Source: Laetmonice hystrix (taxonomy: Eukaryota). Taken from it: a DNA stretch of 64,000 bases. The stretch's first letter is position 1. The number at the start of each line of letters is the position of its first letter. Both the position numbers and the translations under genes were made by a program. The notes under the pieces were generated by a model. It was not told where the DNA came from, searched no databases, and saw only the letters and a list, made by a program, of their open reading frames with translations. The stretch is taken from NCBI GenBank assembly GCA_965235115.1, contig OZ249436.1, positions 53,136,001-53,200,000 of the forward strand, given 5' to 3'. Of this stretch, positions 13,901 to 26,800 are shown piece after piece.

Positions 13901-14629
13901 AAACCAGTAAAGGGATTTGAATGATAGTCCAGCAATTTCTAGCAGTCGAATATATTATCCAGTAACTCAAGGGTGGTTTGACAAGTTGGATTAAAGAATC
14001 ATGTAGGTTACGCCCTAAAGTTGAAAACTTAGTGACAGATCTCGATGAATGACGTACAGCTTTTAGAGTATGATGAAGGCTTATCAGTTGAATCTGTTCA
14101 CACATTTGCTATGAGAGGATCGTAATAATGTCCGTGCTGGTGAAAAAAAACCCGAACAGGAGTGGAGAAAAACACGATGCACACCGGCATTCTGCCATGA
14201 CCCGAATCGTTGAAACGGATCTCATAGTCACGTGACTCTCACTGGTAATCAGTGTCGTCCCTTCCTGTGATGAAGACAGGGCGAGATACAAAATCTCAGA
14301 GTCCCAGTGAAAAAGCCAAGTTGTTGGTTTCAGCCAACGACCGGTCTGGTGTCAACCATGACATAAATCTTTAGAGCACGGCTGACAGTTGAAGTGGCAT
14401 CACGACCTCACAGGCCGTTTAGCCACAAAGTCATGTCAAAGGCACTACATTTATTTTTTCTTAAAAACCTTATTATTGAGTTTTCCGATGAGACTAGTAT
14501 AAATAATAAAGTCCTTTCCAAAGGTGCTTGTTACTATCTCTGATTAGAAGAACAAAGCCCTTGAGGCAGATACCTGCCCCCTGCATGGTCATGCTGAGAT
14601 AAGTGTTTCATGTCAATGGTTCACGATGG

Positions 14630-14975
14630 TATTATATGCGCTTTCGATCGGCCAGTGCCATTTAGGGGGGGGGGTGCCATACGCTGGTCCGTATGGAACG
14701 CGTGTTCCATACGGCCCGATTTGATTGTACACGCTACGGGGCGATGTTGTTATTTCTTGTTTACTGTTGGATCTTTTCCTTTAGAAATAATCCTAGCGCA
14801 TATAATAAACACGTAACGGGATTCGGCTCCTTCACGGCAGGAAAGTGTGAAATGAGATGTCTGGCACAATACAGCACTCGCCTTCGGTGTCGTGCCGTAT
14901 TCATGCGCCAATCATCTCGTTCTATGCTTCCCCACAGTGAAGGACTCTCATCCCGTGTTTTTATGGCAGCCCTTA
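14630..14975 (+). mobile_element. Non-autonomous interspersed repeat (MITE-like) with internal inverted repeat
   Basis: Related in reverse complement to 21545-21697 and 49005-49205 (shared ACGGGATGAG, CATGAATACG and ATGGCACCCCCCCCCT motifs). Internal IR AACACGTAACGGGAT...ATCCCGTGTT. Confidence 0.65.
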
Positions 14976-16144
14976 TCTGACAAAAGTGCAGTATAAAGTG
15001 GGTAAGGAACAAAGTCATATCTGAAACACGTATGTGAAATATCACATGGTTGACATCATTTCTTCTTGACCGTGTGTTTACTTGTATGTCCACTCATTTC
15101 TAGTTTTGGCGTTCAAGGACAATTATAGGGAATTTCAGGCTTAATCCAGCCCCTTGTTGGGTGTACGACTGAGGACTAGTCAAGCTAGAGGCGTACACCA
15201 TAGTCCTTTGAACACCTTTCCTGTCTAGTTGCAGGATGGGCCTCGAATTGAGAGAGGGATGAAAGGAATGATGTTTTTATGGAAAAAGTGAAGGTTCGAA
15301 AAACTGGAATATTTTAGGCAGTGGAAAAGGAAAGGTGTACGACCCCAAACATCCCCATAAACCTGGTGGCGGTAATAGGCTTTAGTTTATCACATAGCAG
15401 AGTCTATGTCAAAGGGCCCTTTCAGTTTCATCTCATGATACGAGGATCTTCAAAGCAATCGCAAATTAAAAAACCCAGCTGTAAAACATAAAAGTTGTAG
15501 TTCGGTGCAGATTCACAGTACCTGTATGACTTTTTATCATAGTAAAAACCCCTGCATGAGCTAAAAATGGAAATTGCAAACGAAAAATGTATGCAAATAC
15601 AGCCGTTTGGTCTCTTGGTACTGATGTGCCATTCTGCTTGAATAAGTGCAACATTGAAAAAACATTAGGAACAATCGAGGTACATGGTCCACTGAGCAGT
15701 TGGCATGTTGTTAGTTCTATACAAACAGAGTGGTAGATGGGGTTTTCAGCACCCCTGCAGCCATTGACGATTACTGGTATGGCATGGATCAGTAGGCTAG
15801 AATATGTAGAGGCGTTTCTATTGTAGGGTTCTCCCTATCATAATTCATTGGAGGTGATGGAAATAACGTAAATGAATCAAAACAACTTCATTCCATGGCC
15901 AGATATCATTCTGTGAGATATGTTAGAGATATGTTATACACACAAGAATCCTTAATTTGGTGCGTCGTGTCTGTAGGATGTTCAAATGTATCTGTTTCTG
16001 TTATCAGTGTTAGTGAAGCCTTCCCTGTCACCGACATAATTGGCCATTGCTGAAGGTGACGGGAGCCTGGCAGTAAGGCAGACGTTGCATATGTATGATG
16101 GCTGGATGACAGGTCGGGTCAAAGGGCAGGCATGATGGTAGGGT

Positions 16145-16727
16145 GGTCTGTCAGTAGGGCAGACATTGGTTGCATAGCAGGGTGACAAGTCTGTCAGTAT
16201 AGGGCAGACATTGGTTGATTATAGCAAGGTGACACGTCTGTCAGTAGGGCAGACATTGGTTGATTATAGCAGGGTGACACGTCTGTCAGTAGGGCAGACA
16301 TTGATGATGGTGATAGGGTGACAAGTTTGTCAGTAGGGCAGACACTGGTTGATTATAGCAAGGTGACGCGTCTGTCACTAGGGCAGACATTGGTTGATTA
16401 TAGCAGGGTGACACGTCTGTCAGTAGGACAGACATTGATAATGGTGACAGTGTGACACGTCTGTCAGTAGGGCAGACATTGGTTGATTATAGCAGGGTGA
16501 CACGTCTGTCAGTAGGGCAGATACTGGTTGATTATAGCAGGGTGACAGGTCTGTCACTAGGGCAGACATTGATAATGGTGACAGTGTGACACGTCTGTCA
16601 GTAGGGCAGACATGGGTTGATTATAGCAGGGTGACACGTCTGTCACTAGGGCAGACATGGGTTGATTATAGCAGGGTGACACGTCTGTCACTAGGGCAGA
16701 CATGGGTTGATTATAGCAGGGTGACAA
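16145..16727. repeat. 45-bp minisatellite, 13 units, with AAB higher-order pattern
   Basis: Consensus GTCTGTCAGTAGGGCAGACATTGGTTGATTATAGCAGGGTGACAC. Variant units (TTGATRATGGTGA) start at 16281, 16415 and 16549. Confidence 0.95.
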
Positions 16728-19700
16728 GGTGTGACTGGTGATGGGATGTGACGGGAGTCTGTCAGTGGGCCACACATTGATTGTATCTGTCACAGATAGG
16801 AGCTGCCTCAGGTGTGGCACTTAATACTAATAGGCGACACTGGTGAATGATGATATACGGAAAAGCTTTACACAATCAGGAGGTCGCCGCCATAGCGACC
16901 AGTTGTGGATGTGATCGGGTTCGCACCTGAACAGTACCCATTAATGTGTTAAGTGACACCAGAAAGGCCAGTAACTGGCATTTCTAATGTTGGGGCTGGG
17001 TTAGGGTTTGGGGTTATCTGTTTAAAAAGGCAAAGAAAGAACAAGAACAAAACAAGTTTTGACTTTGCTATATATCATGAAATATGCACATGTATCTTTA
17101 GGTGGGTATATCTCTGTTCTGAATTTGCTGATGCGATATTTTTGTAGATCACAGTCAAGAATATCCAGTCACCGTGGGCCTTTGTAATATGATTTAATGT
17201 GACTAACAGCCATGAGTAAAGGTGACGTTTATTGGCAAAGCAGGGGACAAAGGTGTGATATGCAGGGGTCGAAACTCATTGGTCAATGGGTTGCAAGCAG
17301 TGGTCAGGGAGGCACCCACGACAGTGGTGAAAAAAGGCACGGCGACACAATGCCGCCGTTAAGCATCAGCTAAGGGCATCACGCAATAGTCGGGGGGGGG
17401 GGGCGTCAATGCATACCGCCGTTAAATTTCACCCCTGAATATGGCGTCCTCAAAAAATGTTATCTGGCTACAAGATACAGGCACATGTTTACCCGGTGAA
17501 AAATATCGAAGTGTGAAGTTTGTCACAGGGTTCGATGGATATTGATATAGTGTTTGGCACATGTTGACCAAGTACTGAACACTACAATGGCTATTGAAAT
17601 AATGTGCAGTGTTACACATATAATGAATATAATATTTTAATTTATTTAGCCTACCGTGGCATATGGCCATAATTCAGAAAATGATAATCAACAAACTATG
17701 TCTGGCCATTACTGAATATACATTATGTATGAAATGGAATGAAGAGAGTAGGGATGTTTGGCACACGTATGCATTATAAATAGTATGCCCTGGTGTTTGA
17801 AAGATTGGGCAGTTCTTGCTGATGCGCAAAATTGAAGTGTATCACTTTGTAAACTCCACAACTTTTTACAGAGAAATTGCTGTCAGGATTTGATGCATGA
17901 AACCATTATTGTACAATCAGGCTTTTATAAACTCGACAGTAATTAAGATATTTAGCAAAAGTTTAAAAGGACAAGTGTCTTGAAGTATTTTTACTCGTCG
18001 AGGTAAACGGGGGGAAAAGTCGGCATAATCGTTTAAATGAGGGAGACAATGAGTCAGTGACCACTTGGTTATTGAATATTCACAGCTCTTATTCAAACGG
18101 TTATCTAATGTATATTTGAATTGATAGTGGCATCATACAAATACCGAAACCATCCTATGATCATGCCAAGCTCACACCCCACAGTTTTGTACGCACTTCT
18201 TGCAGTGAAAATAGAAATTGGGCCATTCATCTAGGCAAGTTTCATTATTCATTATCCCAGGCACCGAGTAAGGCCGTCGTGGTTCACTGACCCTGAGGAA
18301 AAGGGGGGAAAACGAACTAAAAACTGCAGAGATTGAAGGACGTTCACTGTAAGTGGAGCATGAACCATTATGTTGTCAGTCTTTGGAAACTACTACACGG
18401 ACTGTCTCTGAAAGACGTAAAAATTATTTTTGTAATGGTCTTTCACAGGAAACGGGGCCATACGCTTTGAAAAATATTCTATTTTGGGTATTAGTAGAAA
18501 AGAAACCAGAATTATTTAGCACGGAATGCTCCGAACACCGGTAAATTGAAGGCAGATGATAGCGTGAACAATGTGGGAAAGTCGTTGGCGATTACCATTC
18601 AAATTGCAATTCTGGAGTAAATCTAGTTCTATAAACTCTTAAACTTATGAATAAGTTGAATTCATCATTGAATAATTGAAGAATCCATTAGTCTTCAAAT
18701 TAAATAGATGAAGATAGTTTCCAAAAATGTCTGCAGAGCAATAAAGTGCTGGGGAGGTTGTGCAGAGCTCCTCATCTACTGCGGACAACTTCTGATGTAA
18801 TATTCCTTAGTGTGCTCTGTTCTGGCACCGCGCAGGCAAAGAAATGGGTCCAGATCGCCAACTGCAGGCGTATATATCTACTGTGTAGTCATGTCAGCCC
18901 TGCCTCATACAACCTTCTCTTTACGCTTTCCTAGCAGTTCTCTGAAGACAGCTTGATCACCGTAACAAAAATTCAAACACTGCTAAGAAATTGACGGAGG
19001 GGCCGGCAGTTGTGCGACAGCCTTCACAATGGCATCTCGTGATTCTCTCATTAGGTTGGTGCACGGTCGATGTAATCGGATTCCTCCGTTTCACCAATCA
19101 ATAGGCGGGCAGGCGTCCTCGGTTTGATGCCAGACCCTGATGAATGGTGATGTGAACAGCAAGTTGGCGTGTCTGCCTGGCGGGGTGGCCGTGTCCAGTC
19201 GGCAGACACAGGCTCTGGTCGGCGGGCCCAGACAGTGCTACCCGGGTAGCACAAATACAGTGGGTGGGGGTAGGGGTGGGGGTCTGTTCGTCATGTTTCC
19301 ACGACCTGTCAGTGCGCAAAGGGCAACCAGGGGAGGTCTGTCCTTCTATCAAACCGCAGTGGGATTGAGATGACCATCAGCGTATATCATTTTTTGTTTG
19401 AATCCAAGGCCAAGAATGGATACGTAATAATGTGGTGGCAAGGGGGGTATCTCTTGTCAACTGGTGAAAGTTGACAGTGGAGCCGATAGCTCCGAATGGG
19501 ATGGCATTAGTGCAGCATGAGATTCTTAAAGGTCCTGAAACCACCATCATAGCACAACCTCAGCAGTATTATTGCCATAGGTACCATATTGTCTGGCAGG
19601 CAAACTATACAAGGTTACCACTTTTAGAGTATAACATAAAATGTCTTTAAAGTCAATGTTGTCAACATATCATTAACATACAATGCCACAGAGATGATCG

Positions 19701-20671
19701 ACTGAATAAGGGAAGTAGGGAAATATCAAAATGTGATTATTGATGGCAACAGCCAGCAGTTCTCGTTAAGATACGTGCCCAGCTACAGTGCTTGTATGTT
19801 GGCTGCATAACTTATAAAGGGTACTCAGTATAATACTATAATATTTAGCAAGTGTGATATTGTCAATAATCTACAGCAAATTGCAGTGGTGGGTATTGAT
19901 CGCAGCCAGGTCTGATGCAATCACTCTTCCTGCAGTTCCCTGCAGGCAGATACCTAGGTCATATTGAGATTGGGGGTCAGTGCTGTGCACTCTGGTGGCT
20001 AAATGTTGTATATTGGTAGGTATATGGATCGTTGTACTCATAGTCTATAAGCTTTATAATATTGAGAATGATCTATAACTGGCTTCTTGAGAGTACTGAA
20101 AGCTTAGCACAAGTGCAGATAGGGTGGTCGTGCAGTGGTGAGATCTTAGATTAACGTAAGCATTGCTTATTTTGATACGATTTTTTGGCCTTGATAATCG
20201 TTATTACCCCGTTAAACTGCATGATTTGATTGTACAGTATTGTATAAAGAATTTTTAGACGCATGAAAGGTGTCAGCTGCTTGGCGTAATTCTGTGTTTT
20301 TAGTGACTTTAGTTATTGAGATTGCTGCAAATCGCTTGTGACATGACAAAAGAAGAGTATTATTGGGAAGGAGGGTGTCTTTTCAACCGCTCTGACCTGA
20401 ATTTACAACGCCATTTCTATGTTATTGGCTAAGTTCTCCCCCCCCCCCCCCCCAAAAAAAAAAATTCATTGTCATTCCAATTTCGGTACAATGTATTAGG
20501 ATATTTATTTAATTTGCTTTTTTGGGGCCCAATATAACACCAGGACCATCATAAGATTGAGGAAAAGCAATGCCCATGAGAACCTTTTGCAAGCCAAACG
20601 TGCCCCCCCCCCTGTCAACTGTTAATCAAGAAAATAAAACTTAAACAATGCTCCTGTATGTTTTGTTGCAG

Positions 20672-20866
20672 CTGCTGGGAGTCCTGCTGGCAGGTGCTGG
20701 TATATGGGCATGGTCGGAGAAGGACATGTTTAACAACATCACCAAACTCACTCGGGTTCCTTTCGATCCAGCCCTCATCTTCATCATTGTTGGTTTAATT
20801 ATTCTCGTCATCGGTTCCACCGGTTGTGTTGGAGCTCTGCGGGAAAACACAGGCCTTCTTCTATTT
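20672..20866 (+). CDS. Tetraspanin exon (end of TM1, small loop, TM2)
   Basis: ttttgttgcag acceptor, gtgagt donor, 195 nt, LLGVLLAGAGIWAWSEKDMFNN...GCVGALRENTGLLLF. Confidence 0.95.
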
Positions 20867-23800
20867 GTGAGTAGCGCAGCTGTCATTATCTAAACATGTC
20901 AGATTGTCGATAGTTTGATAATGAAAAAACCTTCTCATCACTGAAATACAAGTAATGATCTAAATAGTTTGTTTTAACATCAGGTAATATTGTTTGGATT
21001 CCTAAAGTGTAATGATACCTCATTCACATTACATTGACTGGCTAGTTGTTGCTGTCGGTAGTTTATTGGTCAGGGGATGGCCCACTCGGCCCTTAATATT
21101 ATTAGCATCACACTAAGCGGTTAGGTAAGAGAATAATCGTTGATTTAAATGTGTTTATTTATGTAAATCTTGACATGAAAGATACCACTAAAATAAATCA
21201 GACTGTATACCATCATTTTTAGGCAGGCTTCTCATTGTGTACCTTCGGTTTTTGTTAAAAGGCAAGGCCTGGGTTCTGCAACCGTGATGAAGGAAGGGTG
21301 TTTTAAAATGTCGTAAATCTGCATTTTCATTAAAATTATAATAATAATATGAAGTGTGCCCCAAGTACCATTAGACTTCCCGAATTTCTTGTTTGTTTGC
21401 CATGGACTAAATAACGTCTGGGTCTGTTTCAAAGCCGTCCAACCTAGTTTGAAAATTTCAATATGTAAATAGCATTCGAGCCTTCATTTCCTGCAAAAAG
21501 CGATGTTATCATATTCAAATATATTTCTTCAAGTTTACTCAACTCTGCCGTACAAACACATAACGGGATGAGGGCGCGAAAGTATAGAACAAGATGCCTG
21601 GCTCATGAATACGCCGTATTCATTCGGCAGGCAAATTACTACCATATGGCACCCCCCCCCCTGAACGGCACTGGCAGATGGCATGCGCATATATTAAATT
21701 TTGAAAAACTACCAGTAGAAAATGTCGCAGGATAAATAAATGAAATAAAAAAATAAATAAATAAATAAAAAATAAAAGGTTTGGAAAAACACATCACCGC
21801 GCTTGCAGAATGTAGCGTTAGAGGCCTGCCTATTCTAAAACTAAAAAGAATCACAGAGTAGCTCTAATTTCAATGACTCGAAAATGCAGACATGGGCTGT
21901 TAGGGTAAAACTTTTTTTAATTTTGGATGATGATGCCTTTGTCAGAACGCGCATTTAAGAAACACAGAATTAGCCAAACATGAAAAAACGCCCGAAATTT
22001 TGATCATGGAAATTAAAGTGACTTACACTGGAACAGAAACAAAAAGCTTCTGCTCTCAGTTAGAATGTATATGTACACAACCTGATGTGACTAGTGGTGG
22101 TGTAAATTGTTTTTCAGACATTTTAGATTGAACTTCCACTTCAGATTGAATCTTTCAATTAATGCAGCACAAATAATGTCTTTGTGAGATAGCTTATGGT
22201 AGCTTATGTTGAAAGCCTACTGTTTAGAACAAGCTTAGGAAATGTGATAACACTGCAGCCGTAAAGCATCGGAGACCGAAGCATGCAACCTATTACAGCT
22301 TCACTAATTACAGACTTTATCCTTTCTTAAGTCTCTTTTGATGCACAAAGTACACAGGTTGTCACTTTGTCATTCGTTATAAACTTGGTCCATTGTTGGT
22401 GGGGCATGATTTAAAGGGGCTTACTTAAATGATTGGCATCCTGCCGGAAACCAAGTTGTTTACATTTTCATAAGTCATTTGGGTCTGAAGTTTGGTCGAC
22501 AGAGACGAATGGTTCAACTTAATTGGTGCTTGGAAAGAGTGAATAGGTGGGACTCTGCCGTCAGCTAGTCTTTGTTAATGTATGGAGCGTCCTGCGAATA
22601 GGGAGCGCTGCTCGATGTGCTGAAACTGGTTGTGTGCCTCGGTCCCTATGCATTTCATCATCATCATGACCATCATCCTTTTCAAAATATTGGAAGCAAA
22701 TACTAATGGTAAACGTTGGAAGCAAATTTTAATGTACATGTATGTTGAAATGCCAGGGAAAAGAAGATAATGTGAATAATATGTTGTGCCTGCAGTGTTG
22801 TATGGCAGTGCTGTTGTACTTTGATCCTAGTTAGGTAATGAAAGTAATTATAGTGATATGTGTGAAAGTTAAAAGTTAGAATACAATGATGTAGTGCCCT
22901 TTCGTTTTAGAATTGTTCTAAAAGTTGCTATTATAATTAATGAAGTGAATGATTGTTATTCATAGTGTTATAACCCTAGCCATATTTAGTCAAAATAGGA
23001 ATTACTTTTTTCCTGCATGTGATTGACATTATCCGTAATTTAATTATTCCTTCCTGATTTGTTTTTTGTCTTTTGGTCTACTTTCAGTATTGTGTTGCCA
23101 TTGGTATAATATTTGGTGCCCAGCTTGTCTTCGGCATATTTGCATTTGTGTATAAAGACTGGGTGAGCACCTTTCAAGTCTCATTTTTGCATTAGACGTG
23201 TCATGACAAATCCGAGGTTAAGCAACAAACGGGAAAAGTGAGCCTCACTGGGTGTAAAGGTTAAGGATTTATTGGTCAATCCGTTAATCCCCCGCCCCCT
23301 TCGGTTTATAAAGGAAACATGAGACAGAGTTCCTGTTTTGTTGCTACAGCTCAGATTTCCTCCTCTGTCATCTTTCTGGCCAATCAGAAATCCTTGGTCA
23401 TTTCTCTTAGGTTTTATCTTCAAGAAGTCTTTGGATCGAATACGCATCATCTGGGTGACTTTTTCATTTTTAAAACGGCAGTGTAATGCAAGGAAAGTAC
23501 AGGGATGAAAGTTTTCAGGAAATTTCCTGAAATCAGGAAATTTGAAAAAATCCCCCCCCCCCAAGAAATAACACCCAAAAAAGGAAATAGGCCTAGATCT
23601 ATAGGCATAAGAGGTAGGCCTAAGCCAAGGCTAAGTATTGCCCTGGACTGTGTGGTGGGCAATTAATATCAAATGAAACAATATCCCCTTCCAGGACGTT
23701 TTTTAACACCATGCAGCTCAATATATCTCTACCTGCCAAAGTTCGTTTATAGATGGGGATATTAGAGTGTCTCAAACCCGTTCAGTGTCACGGGTGCCAC

Positions 23801-26800
23801 CGTGCATCTATACAGGCCGGTCTGCCGGGGGTGCTGGTCCCTGTAGCTGTGGTGACATCGCTTACATAGACCGGCCCGCGTGGGCTGACTTCTACCGGCA
23901 CGCGGTGGCGTCTGTCCCGTCTGGCAGGCACGGCCCCGTGTCGCTGTGGTGAGAGCGACTCACCTCAGGTAATGACTTCAGGAAAAATTGATGGTCAGGC
24001 AGCTGCGAAGCCCGTTGATTCAGGCTTGCCATTATGCCATATCCATGCGCGAGTTTTGCCTGAGCCCTCACTTAGTGAACGAGACTATAGTATAGACAGA
24101 CCGGTCTGTCTAGTCCCGGCGTTGGTGATAGTGATTAGGCTGACGAACTATCACCATCACAATGTCACTCCTCACAGGAAACTGGGTCAATTTAGTTCTA
24201 TGAATCTGCCTAGTATATATGTCAGTAAGTTCTCATAATGTGTTCTTGCATATAAATTTGAGGATAGGGGCATTACGTAAGTGGTTTTCACTGAAGTTTT
24301 GGGGTTGTCAGGACTTTTCATTACATTTGTCGATCAGTGCAGGTGTCCTGATAAGACCGGAAGTGACAATTTTCACAACAACATGAGTGGCACATGGACA
24401 CACGGGCTGAACCACTCGACTCAGCGAAGCCTGTGTTGCTTGGCTGAGAGCCGCTGAGGGTCGTGACTGCTGAGGGTCAAGACTGATGGACAGCCTGTGT
24501 GGTCAGTCTAACACATGGAAGCTGTTTGACAACGTAATCGGTTGCATTTTGGACGCTAAAAGCCGACTGGATTCCAATGTTGGAGAGAGACGGCAGAGCC
24601 AGGCAGAGGTTGACATGCACTGACTGTGACTGAGTGACAGGCAAGCAACAGCCTTGAACAGGGGCATGGACTGATGAGTGATGGAGTCTATCCAGCAAAT
24701 TTGCAGGGGTGGGGGGTTGAGGGGGGGGGGTGGGGGGGTGGCGACTAAATACTGAGGGCTAGGCCCTATAATATATAATAGCTAGGGGGCCTTATCGGAT
24801 CATGATTGTCTGCTGTTCCTAGCCTGACTTTTTTTAAGGGGGGGGGGGGGTAAGCCTTGGATGTGCGCATGAACAAATATTAATTATGGACATTGGCCCC
24901 CGCCGCTCCCCCCCGGTCAGGATTTCAGGAAATTTTACAGCTGGCCACTTTCATCCCTGAAAGTAAGAGAGCCTAAAAGGTAAAAAATTGACATGTTTCA
25001 ATGTTTTATAGATTGTTTCCTTAAATGAAGTACAAACAAACACTGTGCAGATTACTTGTCCAATAGTTGGTCACACAAAACAGTTCATTAGTGCCTCCAT
25101 AAATAACAGGGATTTTTCTTTGTGCGATTAAAAAGTATAAAAAGCATCACACGCCAGGTTATTTCTTGCTGAGGAAAACTAGCAAAAATGGCCAAGGAAT
25201 TAAGAAAACCTCCTCCAATGGGAGACTGGCCTGGGAACTGGGAAGAAATTAAGAAATGACGTTAGGCAGAGGCGTGCCTTTGGACTTTCAAGATGGTGGG
25301 TACGGTATCCTTCTCCTCCCTGTCTCAAAAAGTCTCAGTATTCACATAACATTCAACGTCTTGATTCCATCGTGAAGATGTCCATAAAATAAAATTTTGC
25401 ATTTGAATATTAATACCAAATATGACAGATTTTTGGGGGAAAATATATATACCTACATTTATTCCCATATTTAAAATTTCTTAGTGGTATTTTTTTTAAA
25501 TATATTTTTTCTACTAAACATGCCACGAATGTAGCTTGTTATCACAGAAAAGGTTGTAGCAAGGGTGCATCAATTATTCCCAAACTTGAAATCAGCCTCA
25601 TTACAGCTGCAGCCTTACTAAGGTAATTAGGACCGTGATAATGAGGGAGAGGCGGTGGAACCTAATTATTTCCAACATTGTCGAGAGACTTGGTTGTGTT
25701 TTGGTATTGTGGTAATTCTCCCGGAAAACTTGGGCCATTTATAGGGCCCAGACATGCCTGGTGCTACCTCTGTATGGAGGAGGGAGGCGCAGTCTCTCTG
25801 TTGTCATTGGCGACAAGTAAATCCTGTAACGGATGAGGAGTAGGAGGGGAAAACATCATTACGTGATGCATATAGTTGGGTGGACATTGGTTCCTTCCTC
25901 CAACGCTGCTGCTGGGACAGCATGGCAGGCACCTTGAGCTGCTGGGACAGCATGGCAGGCACCTTGAGCTGCTGGGACAGCATGGCAGGCACCTTGCATG
26001 GCAGGCACCTTGAGCTGCTGGGACAGCATGGCAGGCACCTTGAGCTGCTGGGACAGCATGGCAGGCACCTTGAGCTGCTGGGACAGCATGGCAGGAAACT
26101 TGAGCTGCTGGGACAGCATGGCAGGCACCTTGAGCTGCTGGTACAGCGTGGCAGGAACCTTGAGCTGCTGGGACAGCATGGCAGGCACCTTGAGCTGCTG
26201 GGACAGCATGGCAGGCACCTTGAGCTGCTGGGACAGCATGGCAGGCACCTTGAGCTGCTGGGACAGCATGGCAGGCACCTTGAGCTGCTGGGAAAGCATG
26301 GCAGGCACCTTGAGCTGCTGGGACAGCATGGCAGGCACCTTTAGCTGCTGGGACAGCATGACAGGCACCTTGAGCTGCTGGGACAGCATGGCAGGCACCT
26401 TGAGCTGCTGGGACAGCATGGCAGGCACCTTGAGCTGCTGGGACAGCATGGCAGGCACCTTGAGCTGCTGGGACAGCATGGCAGGCACCTTGAGCTGCTG
26501 GGACAGCATGGCAGGCACCTTGAGCTGCTGGGACAGCATGGCAGGCACCTTGAGCTGCTGGGACAGCATGGCAGGCACCTTGAGCTGCTGGGACAGCATG
26601 GCAGGAACCTTGATCAGAGTGAAATACAGAGTACGCTTCTGTTAATCGGAACAATCAGCTCCAACAGCCTGGTCGTCCCAATAAAGATTTGCCACCGTTT
26701 TAACATATTAAAAAAATAACGTACCTGTCCTATCGTCACAACAAAATGAATAAATTAGATTTAATTAATTATTGTTCATTATTATTCTTCAAGAATGCAG

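Noticed and set aside
16145..16727. CRISPR-like appearance (hairpin repeat with variable-looking spacers)
   Set aside because: The 'spacers' are themselves repeated variants, the context is eukaryotic and no cas genes are present; it is a minisatellite.
18449..18487. ETGPYALKNILFW mini-exon ending in FW as the missing TM1 exon
   Set aside because: Too short for the first half of TM1, lacks the KY..F..N pattern and has a weak donor (gtatta).
23447..24698. Duplicated ORFs (MPTTQSRAIL, MTSGKIDG, MLDRLHH) recurring at 56839-58045 as a gene family or transposase
   Set aside because: They recur only because the element is duplicated; frames differ between copies through indels and there are no DDE, zinc-finger or dimerisation motifs.
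25764..26654. Long ORFs (296, 246, 215 and 154 aa) with 10-aa repeats on both strands
   Set aside because: They arise from a 30-bp tandem repeat that lacks stops in several frames; the repeat is intronic and has no splice or domain support.
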